This document shows, piece by piece, positions 38,586-55,231 of a stretch of DNA of 64,000 bases (its first letter is position 1; each line of letters opens with the position of its first letter). Source of the stretch: Paraspadella gotoi. Its lineage: Eukaryota; Animalia; Chaetognatha. The stretch covers positions 16,045,528 through 16,109,527 of the forward strand of contig CM119268.1 in the NCBI GenBank assembly GCA_051294375.1, written 5' to 3'. The translations under genes and the position numbers were made by a program. The notes beneath the pieces were generated by a model that saw only the letters and a program-made list of their open reading frames with translations, ran no database searches and had not been told where the DNA came from.

Positions 38586-41500
38586 ATTTAATTTTATAAA
38601 AATAATTTTAAAAAAATTAATAAAAATAAATCTGGAAAAATATAGTTTTTTTATATACTGAATATAAAAAGATAATTAAAATAAAAAATCATTCAATAAT
38701 ATTTATTAAAAATTTAAAATAAAAAAGTCTATCGACCTTATAGCAAATCGCTATAGCTGTTTATAGTAAAGACTCCCAGGTTTCACAGAAAAAGATACTC
38801 GTCTTTGTGATCGTAAAAGAAACAGATGACGAAGATGACAGGAACGATGATGATGGCGATGACGATAACGACGACGTCGGGACAAAAGTGGCTTTCCTGA
38901 TTCTGTCGAAACGAGTCCGTCGTTCTCACTCCTAATGATTAGGAGTGACTACGACGATGGAGAAGCGGTAGAGGAGGGGTAAGAGGTGGAAACTCAGGAG
39001 GAGGAAGAGGAAGATGAGGAGGAGGAAGAGGAGGAGGAGAATGATCGAATCTCACTTCTGCTACTTTGTTCGCGAGTGTGAAGCGACGGATCGAAGAGGA
39101 AACCTTTTTTTTTTGGAGATTTGGAGAAGAGGGTGTAAATTAAGATTGGCAAAGCTGAGGAGAAGAAACGGAAGTTATTAATGAAGAAGGAGAAAAATAA
39201 AAGAAAGAGAAGACGATAGAAAAAAGATGAAAGAACAGAAAGAAAGAAAGACAAGAAAGAAAGAAAGAAAGAGAAGAAAGGAGGAAGAAAAGAAAAAAAG
39301 AAAGAAAAGAAAGAAAGAAAGGAAAAGAAAAAAGGTGAAAGCGAAAATTTAAAGCAGAGAAAGATAAAACCCCAATCAAGAAAGAAAGAAAAAAAAATAA
39401 AGAAAGAAAAGAAAAAAATGAAAGGAGAAAGAAAGACGAGAAAGATTTAACACCAGTCAAGAAAGAAAAAAAAAACGTGAAAAAAAAAAAAAAGAAAAGA
39501 AAGAGAGAGAAGCGGCTTGACGAAAAAAATAAATAAGTCCAGAAAAAAGAAACCCCCAGGGCAAGTAAATTTGATTTATAAGAATGCGCAGGATGGCTCC
39601 CATTTTGCGGGGGTGATAGCTAGGTCTCTCGACCCTCACTCCCAATTGGCCTCTCAAGTAAACTCACTTCGCCCGGATCATGTCTGTTTTCCGCTCCTCT
39701 TTTGGTCTCTCTCTCGAGTCTGGGCGTGAATGGTTTGTCTCATCTTGACTTTCTTTGCAGGACTTTCCACCGCTTGGTGCTCGCATGAGAGTACTCAGGA
39801 TTAATTTGTTATCCGAACGTGAGAGTCAATTTGATTGGCACTTTGATAGAAAGGTACCTTACTTGCGAATTCATTACATAGATATAAGGTTATTATATAT
39901 TTTGAATCTCGTTTAGACTCAGAGCTCTCTCTGGTATACCGGTTACGATAAGTGGGCTTTCGTAAAACTTCCAGCTTGTGTACAAACGTATAACCAATAC
40001 TTGTTCGATTTTATAGGAAGTCAAGTAAATTTTAGCACTTTACCTAATTTTACCAACGATATTCGCTTAAACCAAATATCATAATCAATTAAAGTTGTTA
40101 ACATTTTTTTTTAATACCATCCGCTACTCTCCAACTGACATTCCACAGTAGTTTGTACAAACGAACTCGTGAACTTAATTAATAGTTACTGTTGGATATT
40201 TGTATGCTATCATGGTCTCCGTGGGGTATTGTGGCAATTTTTTTATTGGGGACACCTTTGTGGACTACTGGAATTGATGATTCAAACAATAAAGGTTACT
40301 TAATTTTCTTTATTATTTTCTTTTTTTATTTTTTTCAATTTTTAAAAAATTACTTTTCAACTTCACCGAGAAAAGGCCCACTTGGGTCTGTCCCGGTTTT
40401 GGTCGTTTGTGATTTAGATGGGATTTTTTTCTCCATTCCGGTGATGGGGGACAGAACCTTTGGGAGGACATTTTAAGTTCAAAGGTGGCGCCATAGATGG
40501 GCGAATTTTGGAGCCATGGCCGAGGCGGGACCAGGCCCGGCTTTAACTTTCGTTAGGAAAATTCTAGAGCCGAGAATTCCTGGAAAATGAAAAAGGAGTT
40601 GAAAACTTCAAATTTTTTCTAACAGGGACGTCGATTCCTCGTTTATTTCTTTGGCAATATTTTCTTTGAAATTTCCCCTAGGTTTACGTCGAATTCATTC
40701 GCATTTTAAATATCCCCCCCTTGAATTTTTAGGTATAGTTTAAAACTACATTTAAATTCTAACCATCTNNNNNNNNNNNNNNNNNNNNNNNNNATTAACA
40801 TTCGATATCAACTCGTATTGCTAAATAGAACTACAGATTATACAGTAAAAGGACGTCAATGCCAAATCGGCCTCCGAAACTCATCCACCCAGTCCTATCG
40901 ATCCACCTTGCCGGGATTTCAATCCGTATTTGTCACGCGCCATCAAAAAATTTCCTGCCCCCCAAAATAAAATCGGTAATCTCATTTTCAAATTTGACGG
41001 AGAAAAAAAAAGAAATTCCTCCCATCATCTCTCGTATTGAAAGTCTGGGTGGCAGCTGGCCGAAGTATCGCCTTCGTCAATGCAAACACCGTGGAGTAAA
41101 AAAGCCTTTTTTNNNNNNNNNNNNNNNNNNNNNNNNNNNNNNNNNNNNNNNNNNNNNNNNNNNNNNNNNNNNNNNNNNNNNNNNNNNNNNNNNNNNNNNN
41201 NNNNNNNNNNNNNNNNNNNNNNNNNNNNNNNNNNNNNNNNNNNNNNNNNNNNNNNNNNNNNNNNNNNNNNNNNNNNNNNNNNNNNNNNNNNNNNNNNNNN
41301 NNNNNNNNNNNNNNNNNNNNNNNNNNNNNNNNNNNNNNNNNNNNNNNNNNNNNNNNNNNNNNNNNNNNACTTGACAGAGAGTTTTTATCTGAGCCTTTTC
41401 GAGTACAAAGACTTATTTGCATAATGGAATTCGAAAATCGTTTTTTGTTCGTACTAGATCTAGATTTCCGTTAACCACTGTTTCCTTCTCGACCTTGAAA

Positions 41501-41812
41501 AAAAAACATAATACAAAGTTTAAGTCGCAACAAATTCGTTTAATCCAATCGATGAAAGGAAGAATAACTAAGGAAACAATCCAGACGGGAATTTCCTCTT
41601 AAGATTTAACCTGTGGGGAGGCAAATCAATATTAACAACTGGAATAAAAAAAATACGCCGATGTTTTATTCTTTATTTAACCTTCCGGAATTTTAAGCGA
41701 ATATAGTCATTAGTCTCATTCCTACTATGCCTATGGGCAGTCTCTGGATGGACTTTTTTTATTTGATTAACGAAATCAATACTATATTATATATTACAAA
41801 TTTTATATTTTT

Positions 41813-41836
41813 TTATTATTATTATTATTATTATTA

Positions 41837-41917
<81 letters not shown>
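41813..41917. repeat. (TAT)n microsatellite
   Basis: Direct reading; source of the poly-Tyr ORF. Confidence 0.95.
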
Positions 41918-41919
<2 letters not shown>

Positions 41920-42591
41920 TTTTATTAATTTTAGTTTTTGATAATCTAAATCTGAAAATATTATATTATTATTGGGAAGAATGACATTTTTATTTTACAC
42001 ATGTAGACTGAGAAAAATGATGACTCTTTAATATTCATGATTAAAAACTATTATCCCAAAGAGAGTATTCCTCCAAAAATAGTATATATATGTATACTAT
42101 ACATAAACATAACCTATGATAAAACTAAGGTCCACCGTCTTTTCGTCATCGTCTTTGGCATCAACAAGATCTCGTAACATTCTTTCTCTATCATCCAAAA
42201 TCCGGAAGCCTTAAAAGTGGGTGAGGCGATAAATGTTTACCCTAATTGTTGTGTACTCTGATTGTTTACGTTAATCGTTTGCATTTCGCTTCTGTTTACA
42301 TTCGACTTCACAAAGGAGGGAAGCAACTGACAGACGGACTCGAATCAACGCCGAACGATGAAACGATGAATTTCAAAATATTTGCAGGTTCGATCTCAAG
42401 TTGTCTCAAGCTTTGTGGGTATGCCTATGCAATAGTTGGCCATTGTCAGGTTCCAAACGCGAATTGGTAAAGTGACTTAGGTTTGGCAATTGTTTCACGT
42501 TTTCTCACTTGGACGCTTAAGCAGTGATTTTTTTAGTATTATTAATTTTGATGTTATGTATATACTCTCCTTTCGTTGTTTTTTGAGGTAT

Positions 42592-43229
42592 TAGGAAAAA
42601 CAGTTTTTTTGTTTTGACAAGCGATTTGTTTGACACAATTGTAGTCAGACATTGTTCGGCTCATTCATTTAGAGGCCTGTCATCAGTGTTTTGACAATGA
42701 CATATTTTGTCGTCTGTTGAAGTAAGTTTTGAGAGAGAGAAAGAGAGAGAGAGGAGAGAGATAATGGTGAGGGAGAGTTCCAACAAAGAATAAGGTAAGG
42801 GACAGTTTGGTCAGATTGAGGACAGCTGGAAGGTGGAGGAGAGGGAAGAAGTTAGTCTTGGAAAAATGATATGGAGAGTGGGAGAGAGAGGAGGAGGAGA
42901 GATGAGAACAAAGCAAAAATTTTACAATACATTGTAGCAATGTACAGCAGAGATGAAAAGTGCAATGGAAATCTAAACATAGAACTGAAATTAATGTTGA
43001 ACAAGTAGAAATTATAAGTTAGTAGAATAAAGTGAACATTTGAAAATAGAAAATAAGTGGTGAGGGATAGATATAGTGAAGGAAAAGTGAAGTAAGTAAA
43101 AGAAAGAGCTCGAAAAATGAGCTGGCCCCCCCGCGGCCGGGCAAATGGAGGACGAATGAGCCGAAACCTGATGTTTCTGACTAAATTGTGTCAAATAAAT
43201 GTTGTCAAACAAAACTGGTTTTTTTCCGT
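42592..43229. mobile_element. MITE with ~75-bp imperfect terminal inverted repeats
   Basis: Left end ggaaaaacagttt..tttgacaa..atttgtttgacacaatt.tagtcaga..ttcggctcattc matches the reverse complement of 43156-43228. TA dinucleotides at both flanks; non-coding GA-rich interior. Confidence 0.7.
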
Positions 43230-44806
43230 ATATATTATTTATATTAATATTTATATATGAGATAATTACGTTGTGAAATGACCGGTTAGTTTCTTTATTC
43301 CGGACACGCGCACCATTGTTTTCTCAAACTTGTTTATATAAATTCTAAAGAAGGAAACTGATTTGAGGCCAGATGTCTATTATTCCTCTTCGCTCTAGCT
43401 TTGGCGCCAACTATCGAGTTTCTTAAAAAAAAAATCACTCAGTCTCTGAAAAACAAAAGTACAATCTCTTAAATGAAATACACAATTATGTACATAACTT
43501 GCTATTTAATTTCATGATTCATCAGTTTTCAAGCATAGAATGTTGTAAAATACATAATCAAATACGGAATAAACGCCCGCTAAAACTGCCTTATGTTTAA
43601 AAAAAAATCTGACTGAATCAAAATAAGAAAGAACAAAATGTATAAAAATGATCCTTTATTTTGAAATGACGACCTATTTATCAAAGACATAATTGCATTC
43701 AATATTTCGAGAGTAAACTTTGACACACTTGCGTATGTATGATTTTTTTTATTAAAAGAAACACATTCAAAAATCCACGACTTACAATTCAAAAATTTTG
43801 ATGTGATTGACATAGAGTACCAGTCTCGTTTTAAAAACCAAAGCCTAAAAATTTAAGACTAGACAAAATATAAAAAAAAAGGTATATAATAACTTTAATT
43901 TTGATCAGTAAAAATTATATGGAGTGGTGTTTTGTAGATTATTTTCTCGTCTCCAAATTCTTAACAACCATCCGCCAAAACTGTTCGATACCTGTCGACG
44001 ATGATATTATCAAATAAATAAAAAATACTAATAATAAAAAGATTATCATTTATTCACACCATTAACAAGCCTTTATAAAAAAATATAATTGAGGTTGAAG
44101 AGGGATTTAAATATTTAATTTCTCAATACTAAAATTTAATATGAAAAGCAATTGAGAATAAAAAAATAATGTCTTACTGTAATAAAATGATAAAATAACT
44201 AACGTAGGAACTCTCTAGTTGGCGGCGAAATGTTTGTAAAATAATTTTTCTAATTGGATAATACAGCATAATTGAATAGTAGTAATCCCTATCTACTGGT
44301 ACAAGTTTCGATAACTGTCGTTTCCAGTCAAGTCTACATATATTCGTCAATAGTTGGGATCGAAGTACAGTCACTCGTCACACCGGCCCTCGTATTCGCC
44401 CAAAGGTGAAGATCATTTCAGAATCAAAGTTCAAATTAAAAAATCACCTCAAAGATAAAATCCTAAAAAGGATCGTAGTCAGTACTGGAAAACGAATGTC
44501 ACAATGATGGCTGGGTCAAAAGTCACTTGAGTGAAGGTCTGTGGGTGGAGGTCAGAGGTCGTGGTGGAGGTCAAAGAATGGAAGGCAAAGGTCAAAGTTG
44601 AAGGGGTGAAGGTGAAAGGTCACGGGGGCGAAGTCAGCGTTCATAGCTAGAAGGTCAAAAGTTTTGGAAAAAGGTCAGAGGTTGCACGGCGGAAGTTCCC
44701 AGGTTTTTGAGGCAAAAGTCAAGGTCATTGGGGCAAAAGTCGAAATTTAGCGGGGCGAGGGTAAAACGGTCAAGGGGGAGACAAGGTCAAACGTCACCAT
44801 CAAAGG

Positions 44807-47248
44807 TCAAACGTCGAGGTCAATGTTCAAGGTCCTTCGACGGCGAGGTTTCTGAGAGTGGTTTCCACGTCGACGTGGATTCCGTTGGAACATTGAGAGA
44901 TGAGAGATTCGATCGTTGGTTCGTTGAGTCCGAGATTGAAGACGAGATTGTAAGATTTGGTCAGGGAGATTGTTTTGGTCCACCGGGAGAAGGCCTGACG
45001 GGAGCATTATACCCATTACTCTCTTTATTTCTTCTTTTACTATTATTATTATATCAAAAGTTTTTACTTATTATTATATAACTGCTAAATCTAATTAAAC
45101 TATTTTCCCGCAAACTGTGCTATTACTCTGACATTTATTTGAAAATACTAATGCGTGATTACAGTTATATTTCTCTATAGGTTTTACCAGGGTGTTCAGC
45201 TTCTTCATTACGCAAGGCTGACGCTAATTTCATAAATCCCGAAACCCAAGGCGGCGGAATGTCCTCTGTTCCGAAACTCTGACAATTTCTATGCGTTCCG
45301 CCAGGATCTTCATCTCCAAGCAGTTCCTGATTTTTTTAAAAAAAAAAGAACATCATTTTCATTAACATTAGAAATTGATAACTTTGATTAACTAGTCTTG
45401 TCAACTCTTTATAAAACTTTTTATTCATTTTTTTTAATGGAAATTACTCCTACTCTCTTTCTTAATATTAACTTGAACATGTTTAACAACACAGTAAGCT
45501 TTGGAAACACAGCGGGATCGACGGAATCAAAAACTTGCTTTGTACATCGCACGCGCTATTTGGGATTTTGCATTACCCTTTTGTTTTACTGCGCGTTTCG
45601 AGCCCCGCCTTATTAAGCTTTTTTTTCCTAAGTCCATCCTGACAATTAAAATATCATCTGGATCTACTCACTGGTTTCGACGACACACAAGCCCCATTGG
45701 AATGTCAAAGGTGGAAAGATTAGAACTGACATCGACTTCTCCCGTTTCTCTGTCTTCGATCGATCCCATTTCCAATCCGCAACCCAAATCCGTTTCCTAG
45801 TAGGGAATGACATATGAAACATTGAAGNNNNNNNNNNNNNNNNNNNNNNNNNNNNNNNNNNNNNNNNNNNNNNNNNNNNNNNNNNNNNNNNNNNNNNNNN
45901 NNNNNNNNNNNNNNNNNNNNNNNNNNNNNNNNNNNNNNNNNNNNNNNNNNNNNNNNNNNNNNNNNNNNNNNNNNNNNAGAGAGAGAGAGAGAGAGAGATT
46001 CTGGGAATTGGCAGTTTGAAGCTCTGTCTCTAACCTGCAGATAATAAGCGTTGGTCGTCATGGGATGCGGTCTGATGGCAGCGGAACCTCTGTGAGGTAA
46101 GGTTGTGAGAGTTGTCTCGGCGATTGTCCGGTTAGCCGGGTGAGTGAGGTAGCTCTGTCGATAGACGGGTTCGAGGAATTGGTGATTGGTGAGATTACAA
46201 AACGTTTATTAGTTTTTAATTTAATTAATCTTTTGAGGTGCAAAAGTTTCAAAATTTTTAAATTAGTTAGTATATTTATTTATTATTGCCTTGCTCCGTT
46301 CACAACTTACCTGACCGCAGTAGGTTGAAGTAAGTTCAGCAGGATTCAACGTCGGCTGACTGGGGCTGGAGTAAATCGTGTTGGTGGGGTAGCAGTTCTG
46401 AAAGTAGAAATATCAGATCGGTGGGTTATTTAATATTTAAGAGCAATCATAGCAATCAGACACATTGTATAGTGTATACTACTCACTGTTGTTGTGATAT
46501 GATTCCCCGTGACGTTTCCGGTTGACCAGACGCGTCCACAATCTCCGTGAGTCAATGAAGCTGATCTGTGACATTCTTCTGTGTTTTGGGACAAGAGTAC
46601 AGGAAAATTATAATTTTTGAATTTTTAAAATATATTTTTACAAAGAGTATTTTTTTAAAATAATTTATAATTTATAATTCGCCGCAAACTCCTTGTTCAC
46701 TAGACCCACCTGGAATGGTCGGCTGACGCCGAAGGAGCAGAGTTCCGGCGACTTTGTTGGCGTCGCCTGAGGAGGCGGAGGAGGAAGGCGGCGCCACGGG
46801 CGAAGTGGAAGGCGGATGAGGAGGAGGAGGAGGAGGAGACTGGAGGAAGGTCTCGCAGGAGGAGGTGGAGGGAACGAGGGAGGAGAGGGGGGAAACCTCG
46901 GAGTGGCACAGGCGATTCTTGTAGTCCTGTTGGGTCGAGTTGGATTTGGAAGGGATAAATATGGAATGTAGTAACGCGACGTTCTTGTTTATTGCATGTA
47001 AAATATATTATATATTATATTGATATTGGTTGTACCAATTTTATAAATACGTTTAACAACAACAAAAGACAAAACGGTTTCACAATTACGAAGACGAAAA
47101 CGAAGGCGACGACGATGGCGACGACGATAATGAAAACGACGACGGTGAAGCAATGAGATGTCGACGATTTTAGCCCACGTACTGAGTTGTATTTAGGGTA
47201 GTAGACCTTTACAAAGAATACTTTATTTTTTGAGAGTTTAAGAACCAT
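44807..47248 (-). CDS. Uncharacterised Ser/Pro/Thr-rich multi-exon protein (345 aa from 8 exons; 367 aa with candidate first exon)
   Basis: Exons 46926-46710, 46578-46487, 46397-46311, 46154-46035, 45796-45672, 45608-45539, 45326-45188 and 44994-44807 (TGA) all have AG acceptors and chain in frame without stops (phases 0,1,0,0,0,2,0,1). They are GC-richer than the introns. Candidate first exon is 47248-47183 (ATG...TCA|GTACGT). AATAAA on the minus strand at about 44049-44054. The 45539 donor is GC, or alternatively a weaker upstream GT. A gap at 45828-45977 could hide an exon. No domain recognised. Confidence 0.65.
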
Positions 47249-47368
47249 ACCGATTGTTCAATTTGATCTTTTTAAATACATATCTAGCAATCTAAAACCT
47301 TTCTCAATTTTTCTCTCTCTCATCTCCTTCAAATTCTAATAAAAATGGAAAAATGATTTTGTTTTTAA

Positions 47369-47374
47369 TTTATT
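47369..47374 (-). terminator. Poly(A) signal AATAAA of SGSH
   Basis: About 100 nt after the SGSH TGA, following a U-rich 3'UTR. Confidence 0.55.
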
Positions 47375-47472
47375 ACCACAAAAAAGAAAGAAATTCCACA
47401 AACAAAGAGGAATTAAAAAAAAAAAAGAAAGAATCTTGAATCGACGTCGTCGGCGGGAAATTTGAAAATTGA

Positions 47473-51728
<4,256 letters not shown>

Positions 51729-52355
51729 GTTTCTTTATTTTTCTCACTTTGTTTTTTGTTTTTGATTTTGTTTTTTCTTTTGGATATTAAACAAAAATAT
51801 CTTCACTATTCGTTAGATTTCTGTTTTTATTTCACGCCTCGTTATAAAAATTGTCGTCGTCGTCGTTGTTGTTACATCCATGATTTTTTTTTTCTGCCCA
51901 GATTCTCCAGTGATTCGTCTGATTCTCGTCCATCGGATTTTATTTCTTTTTCTCGTCTGGAGATTCTTTCTTTTTTTTTTCTTCTTTCTTTTTTTTCTTC
52001 TCATTTTCGCCTCGAGTTTTTGACCCAGAAAAATCTCTGGTCCTCGTCAGAGGAAGACGGAAGGCGAAGGCTGAACCAAAGATGATCATCTGCAAAGATG
52101 AACGGAGATAATTGATGATGTTTTAAGGTGATTTAGGATGAACGGAGATGATTAGAGATGATAAAAGATGAACGCGAAACGGTCGTAGATAAAATAGTAC
52201 AAACTGTGTGACAAATTCTTGACGCAGTAAAATTTACAGTTATAAACAGAAGGGAGAGGTTTTCCTTTTTAATTTTTCAAACAACGCATTTTAAATAAAA
52301 AAAATTATTATTCCCAAAAACGAATAACGTAGACTCGATATAGAATCGATGCAGG

Positions 52356-52365
52356 ATCACGTGAC
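52356..52365. promoter_or_regulatory. CLEAR-type E-box (GTCACGTGAT) upstream of SGSH
   Basis: 9/10 match to GTCACGTGAC, about 630 bp upstream of the ATG of a lysosomal enzyme gene. Confidence 0.5.
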
Positions 52366-52705
52366 TTTTTTTTTATTCCTTACCTCCCTCCCTCATCCTT
52401 CTTCCCTTCCGCTTTCCAAAAGTCGTTATAGGCAGCCAAATATCGGGGGGAGAGAGAGAGAGAGAGGAGAGAGAGAGGAGAGAGAGAGAGAGAGACGAGA
52501 GAGAGAGAGAGAGAGAGAGAAAAAAAAGATGAGAGAGATGGAGAGAGAGAGAGCACCATCCACTTGAGAAAGATAAACTGCAAAGTTTGTCTCTGCGGGG
52601 TTCGATTCCGAAACATTTTGCTTTCCAAGCGCGAGATATACCCTTCTTACTTTTTTCTTGTTTCTCTTCACTTTTCTACTTATCTCTTCTTCGTTTCTCG
52701 GAGGG

Positions 52706-52736
<31 letters not shown>

Positions 52737-53685
52737 GAGGGTGAGCTAGTGGGGAAATGGAGAGAAAAGGTGGGGGACTGGGGAACAGCTTAGTCACTTT
52801 TTTCTTTCTTTCTTTTCTTTTTTCCTTTTAGATGTTATATTTTTATTTCTTTCCCTTTCCTTTTTTTNNNNNNNNNNNNNNNNNNNNNNNNNNNNNNNNN
52901 NNNNNNNNNNNNNNNNNNNNNNNNNNNNNNNNNNNNNNNNNNNNNNNNNNNNNNNNNNNNNNNNNNNNNNNNNNNNNNNNNNNNNNNNNNNNNNNNNNNN
53001 NNNNNNNNNNNNNNNNNNNNNNNNNNNNNNNNNNNNNNNNNNNNNNNNNNNNNNNNNNNNNNNNNNNNNNNNNNNNNNNNNNNNNNNNNNNNNNNNNNNN
53101 NNNNNNNNNNNNNNNNNNNNNNNNNNNNNNNNNNNNNNNNNNNNNNNNNNNNNNNNNNNNNNNNNNNNNNNNNNNNNNNNNNNNNNNNNNNNNNNNNNNN
53201 NNNNNNNNNNNNNCTCTCTCTCTCTCTCTCTCTTCAATTTCTTTTCTCTCTACATTTTATTCTGTTTTCGTCTGTTTTTGTTTTTCTCGTTGCATAGCGA
53301 CCTTAGATTGCGAGAGTAGTCGGCTGAAAGCGGGGGAACCAAACAATAAAACGATGAAATGTCAAATGAAAACAATAAAACGCAGGGGTAGGGAGAGAGA
53401 CAACGAGAAAGAGACAGATAGAAAAAGGGAGAAAGAATAAAAAAAAAGTAATTTCATTTTTTTGTTATAAGAAAAAACTAATAATAACAAACATTAACTA
53501 ACAAACACCTTTAGTCATTCTCATTTCGTTACCGAAGTCTTTTGAACAAAGTCATAAGTTTGGAGCGAAGAGTACAGGCTACAGGGTGTGCTGAACTCTC
53601 TTTAAAAATTCACTGTGACCCCCTCATCCCGAATATACATATNNNNNNNNNNATCCTTCGAGAGCGCGCACAGTGGCATCAACCA

Positions 53686-53695
53686 ATCACGTGAC
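53686..53695. promoter_or_regulatory. Second CLEAR-type E-box, overlapping a CCAAT
   Basis: aaCCAATCACGTGAC, about 2 kb upstream of the SGSH ATG. Confidence 0.45.
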
Positions 53696-55079
53696 GAACC
53701 GAGACCAAAAATAGGAGACGAACACAAACGCGACGGAAAATCGGTGTGGCGGCGAAAAATGAGGAAGAATCAGTGGAGCATGAAGGGAGAAAAATGGCCC
53801 AGAGAGGGGGGAGAGCGTGAGCGGTGGGTGGAGACGGTCGGTCGGGAGAAAAATTGAGGCGGAGAGGGAACTGGATCTGCACAGGGAATATGGGAGGGGG
53901 GTAAAGAAGAGATAAGTGATTGAATTAGAGAGAGGGAGGGCGAGAAGGGGGGGAAAGGGGGAGAGAGAGGAGGGAGGAAAACAGGATGGGAGTGGGAAGA
54001 GAATGGAATGCGCAAGGGAAAAAGCGGGGGAAGTTAAACGATGGCGGCTTAGAAAGCGATGGGCTGTGGGGGTGGGGAGAAGGGACGAAGATGAATGGCA
54101 TGTTGGATAAAAGGGGAAGAAAGTCATGAAAATTGGAGTCTGCGAAAGACAAAGGGAAGAAACGAAACAAGAGTCCTGACTGACTCGATTTTAGGGAAGA
54201 GACGTAAGAAAGGCGGACCAAATGGTATGGCTCACTGGAGAGTGGACAACTGGACATGGGGAAAAGCGCGAAAGGAATAAGCGGTACATTGAAAAGTAAT
54301 GGAACGGGATGGAGAACAGTGAATGCGATCAGAATGACCGGCATGGCTGGGGAAGAGAACAAAGGGTGAAGGGAAAAAAGGCTCAAGTGGTTTTTGTGGA
54401 AAGGGAAAAAAAAATGTGTCGGGATTTGGTAGAGAATAATGGCCTTATTGCAAATTGCCGCTTGACTACGGGTGAACGGGTCAAGTGCGAAAAGAAGGGG
54501 AGATAAGAGGAAAGAGAAGGAGAGGAGATGAGAGAAGGAAGAGAAGAGGAATGAAAGGAAAGGAGAGGAAGGAGGAGAAGGAGGGAAAAAGAGATGAGGA
54601 ATAAAAGGAGAGAGAGGAACAGGTTACAGTAAAAAAAGGGAGAAATAAGGACCAAAATGAAATAGAAAACAAAGTAAAAATGGGAAAGAAATAGGAAAAA
54701 GAAAAAGGAATGGAAGTGGCGGAAAAAAAAAAGAAAAAAAAATAAGAGCAGGAAAAGGAAGATACTCAACCAGAAGAAACACAAGAACGGTAATTCCAAA
54801 TGTGTTGCGCCCGCAGTTACTTTATTTTCAGTTTATTTCTTTTTGATTACACATAATATGAACATGATATGACCATGACATGACAAAGAACTTTTTTTTT
54901 GCCCCCGATATATTTATGACAATGATGCACTTCAATAAAAATTCCGTCTATTTCCTTTTAGTTTTTTTAGAAGTTTCCTGAAGGCGGCGCGACGCAGTCC
55001 CTTTAGACTTTGAGGTTTTTTTTCTGTCATAACCAATGGAGCACCAACCTATAGGGAAAATTTATGTTTTTTTTTAGGT

Positions 55080-55231
55080 AATGGGACAGATAAAAACAGA
55101 CAGAATACGACCAACGACCCAGACTGACCCGACGGTCCGACCGATCAACCGTGGACAGACTGACCAAAAAGTAACTTAGTAATTATAGAAGTTCTAGCGC
55201 GCGACGAGTACTCGCCGGGCAAACTAAAAAA
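55080..55231 (+). mobile_element. Possible Helentron/DINE-like non-autonomous element 3' end
   Basis: Degenerate (GACA/GACC)n tract, then aaaagtaactta..tatag, a palindromic hairpin (CGAGTACTCG core) and CTAAAAA: the layout typical of such elements. The 5' end was not identified. Confidence 0.35.

Noticed and set aside
44822-44994. Alternative frame AFSRWTKT...LRNLAVEGP suggesting a death-like domain
   Set aside because: It needs a phase-0 donor; the only open upstream exon ends in phase 1.
52008-52053. Hammerhead-like CUGACGA plus stem on the minus strand; also CTGATGA at 60534
   Set aside because: The essential GAAA core is absent in both.
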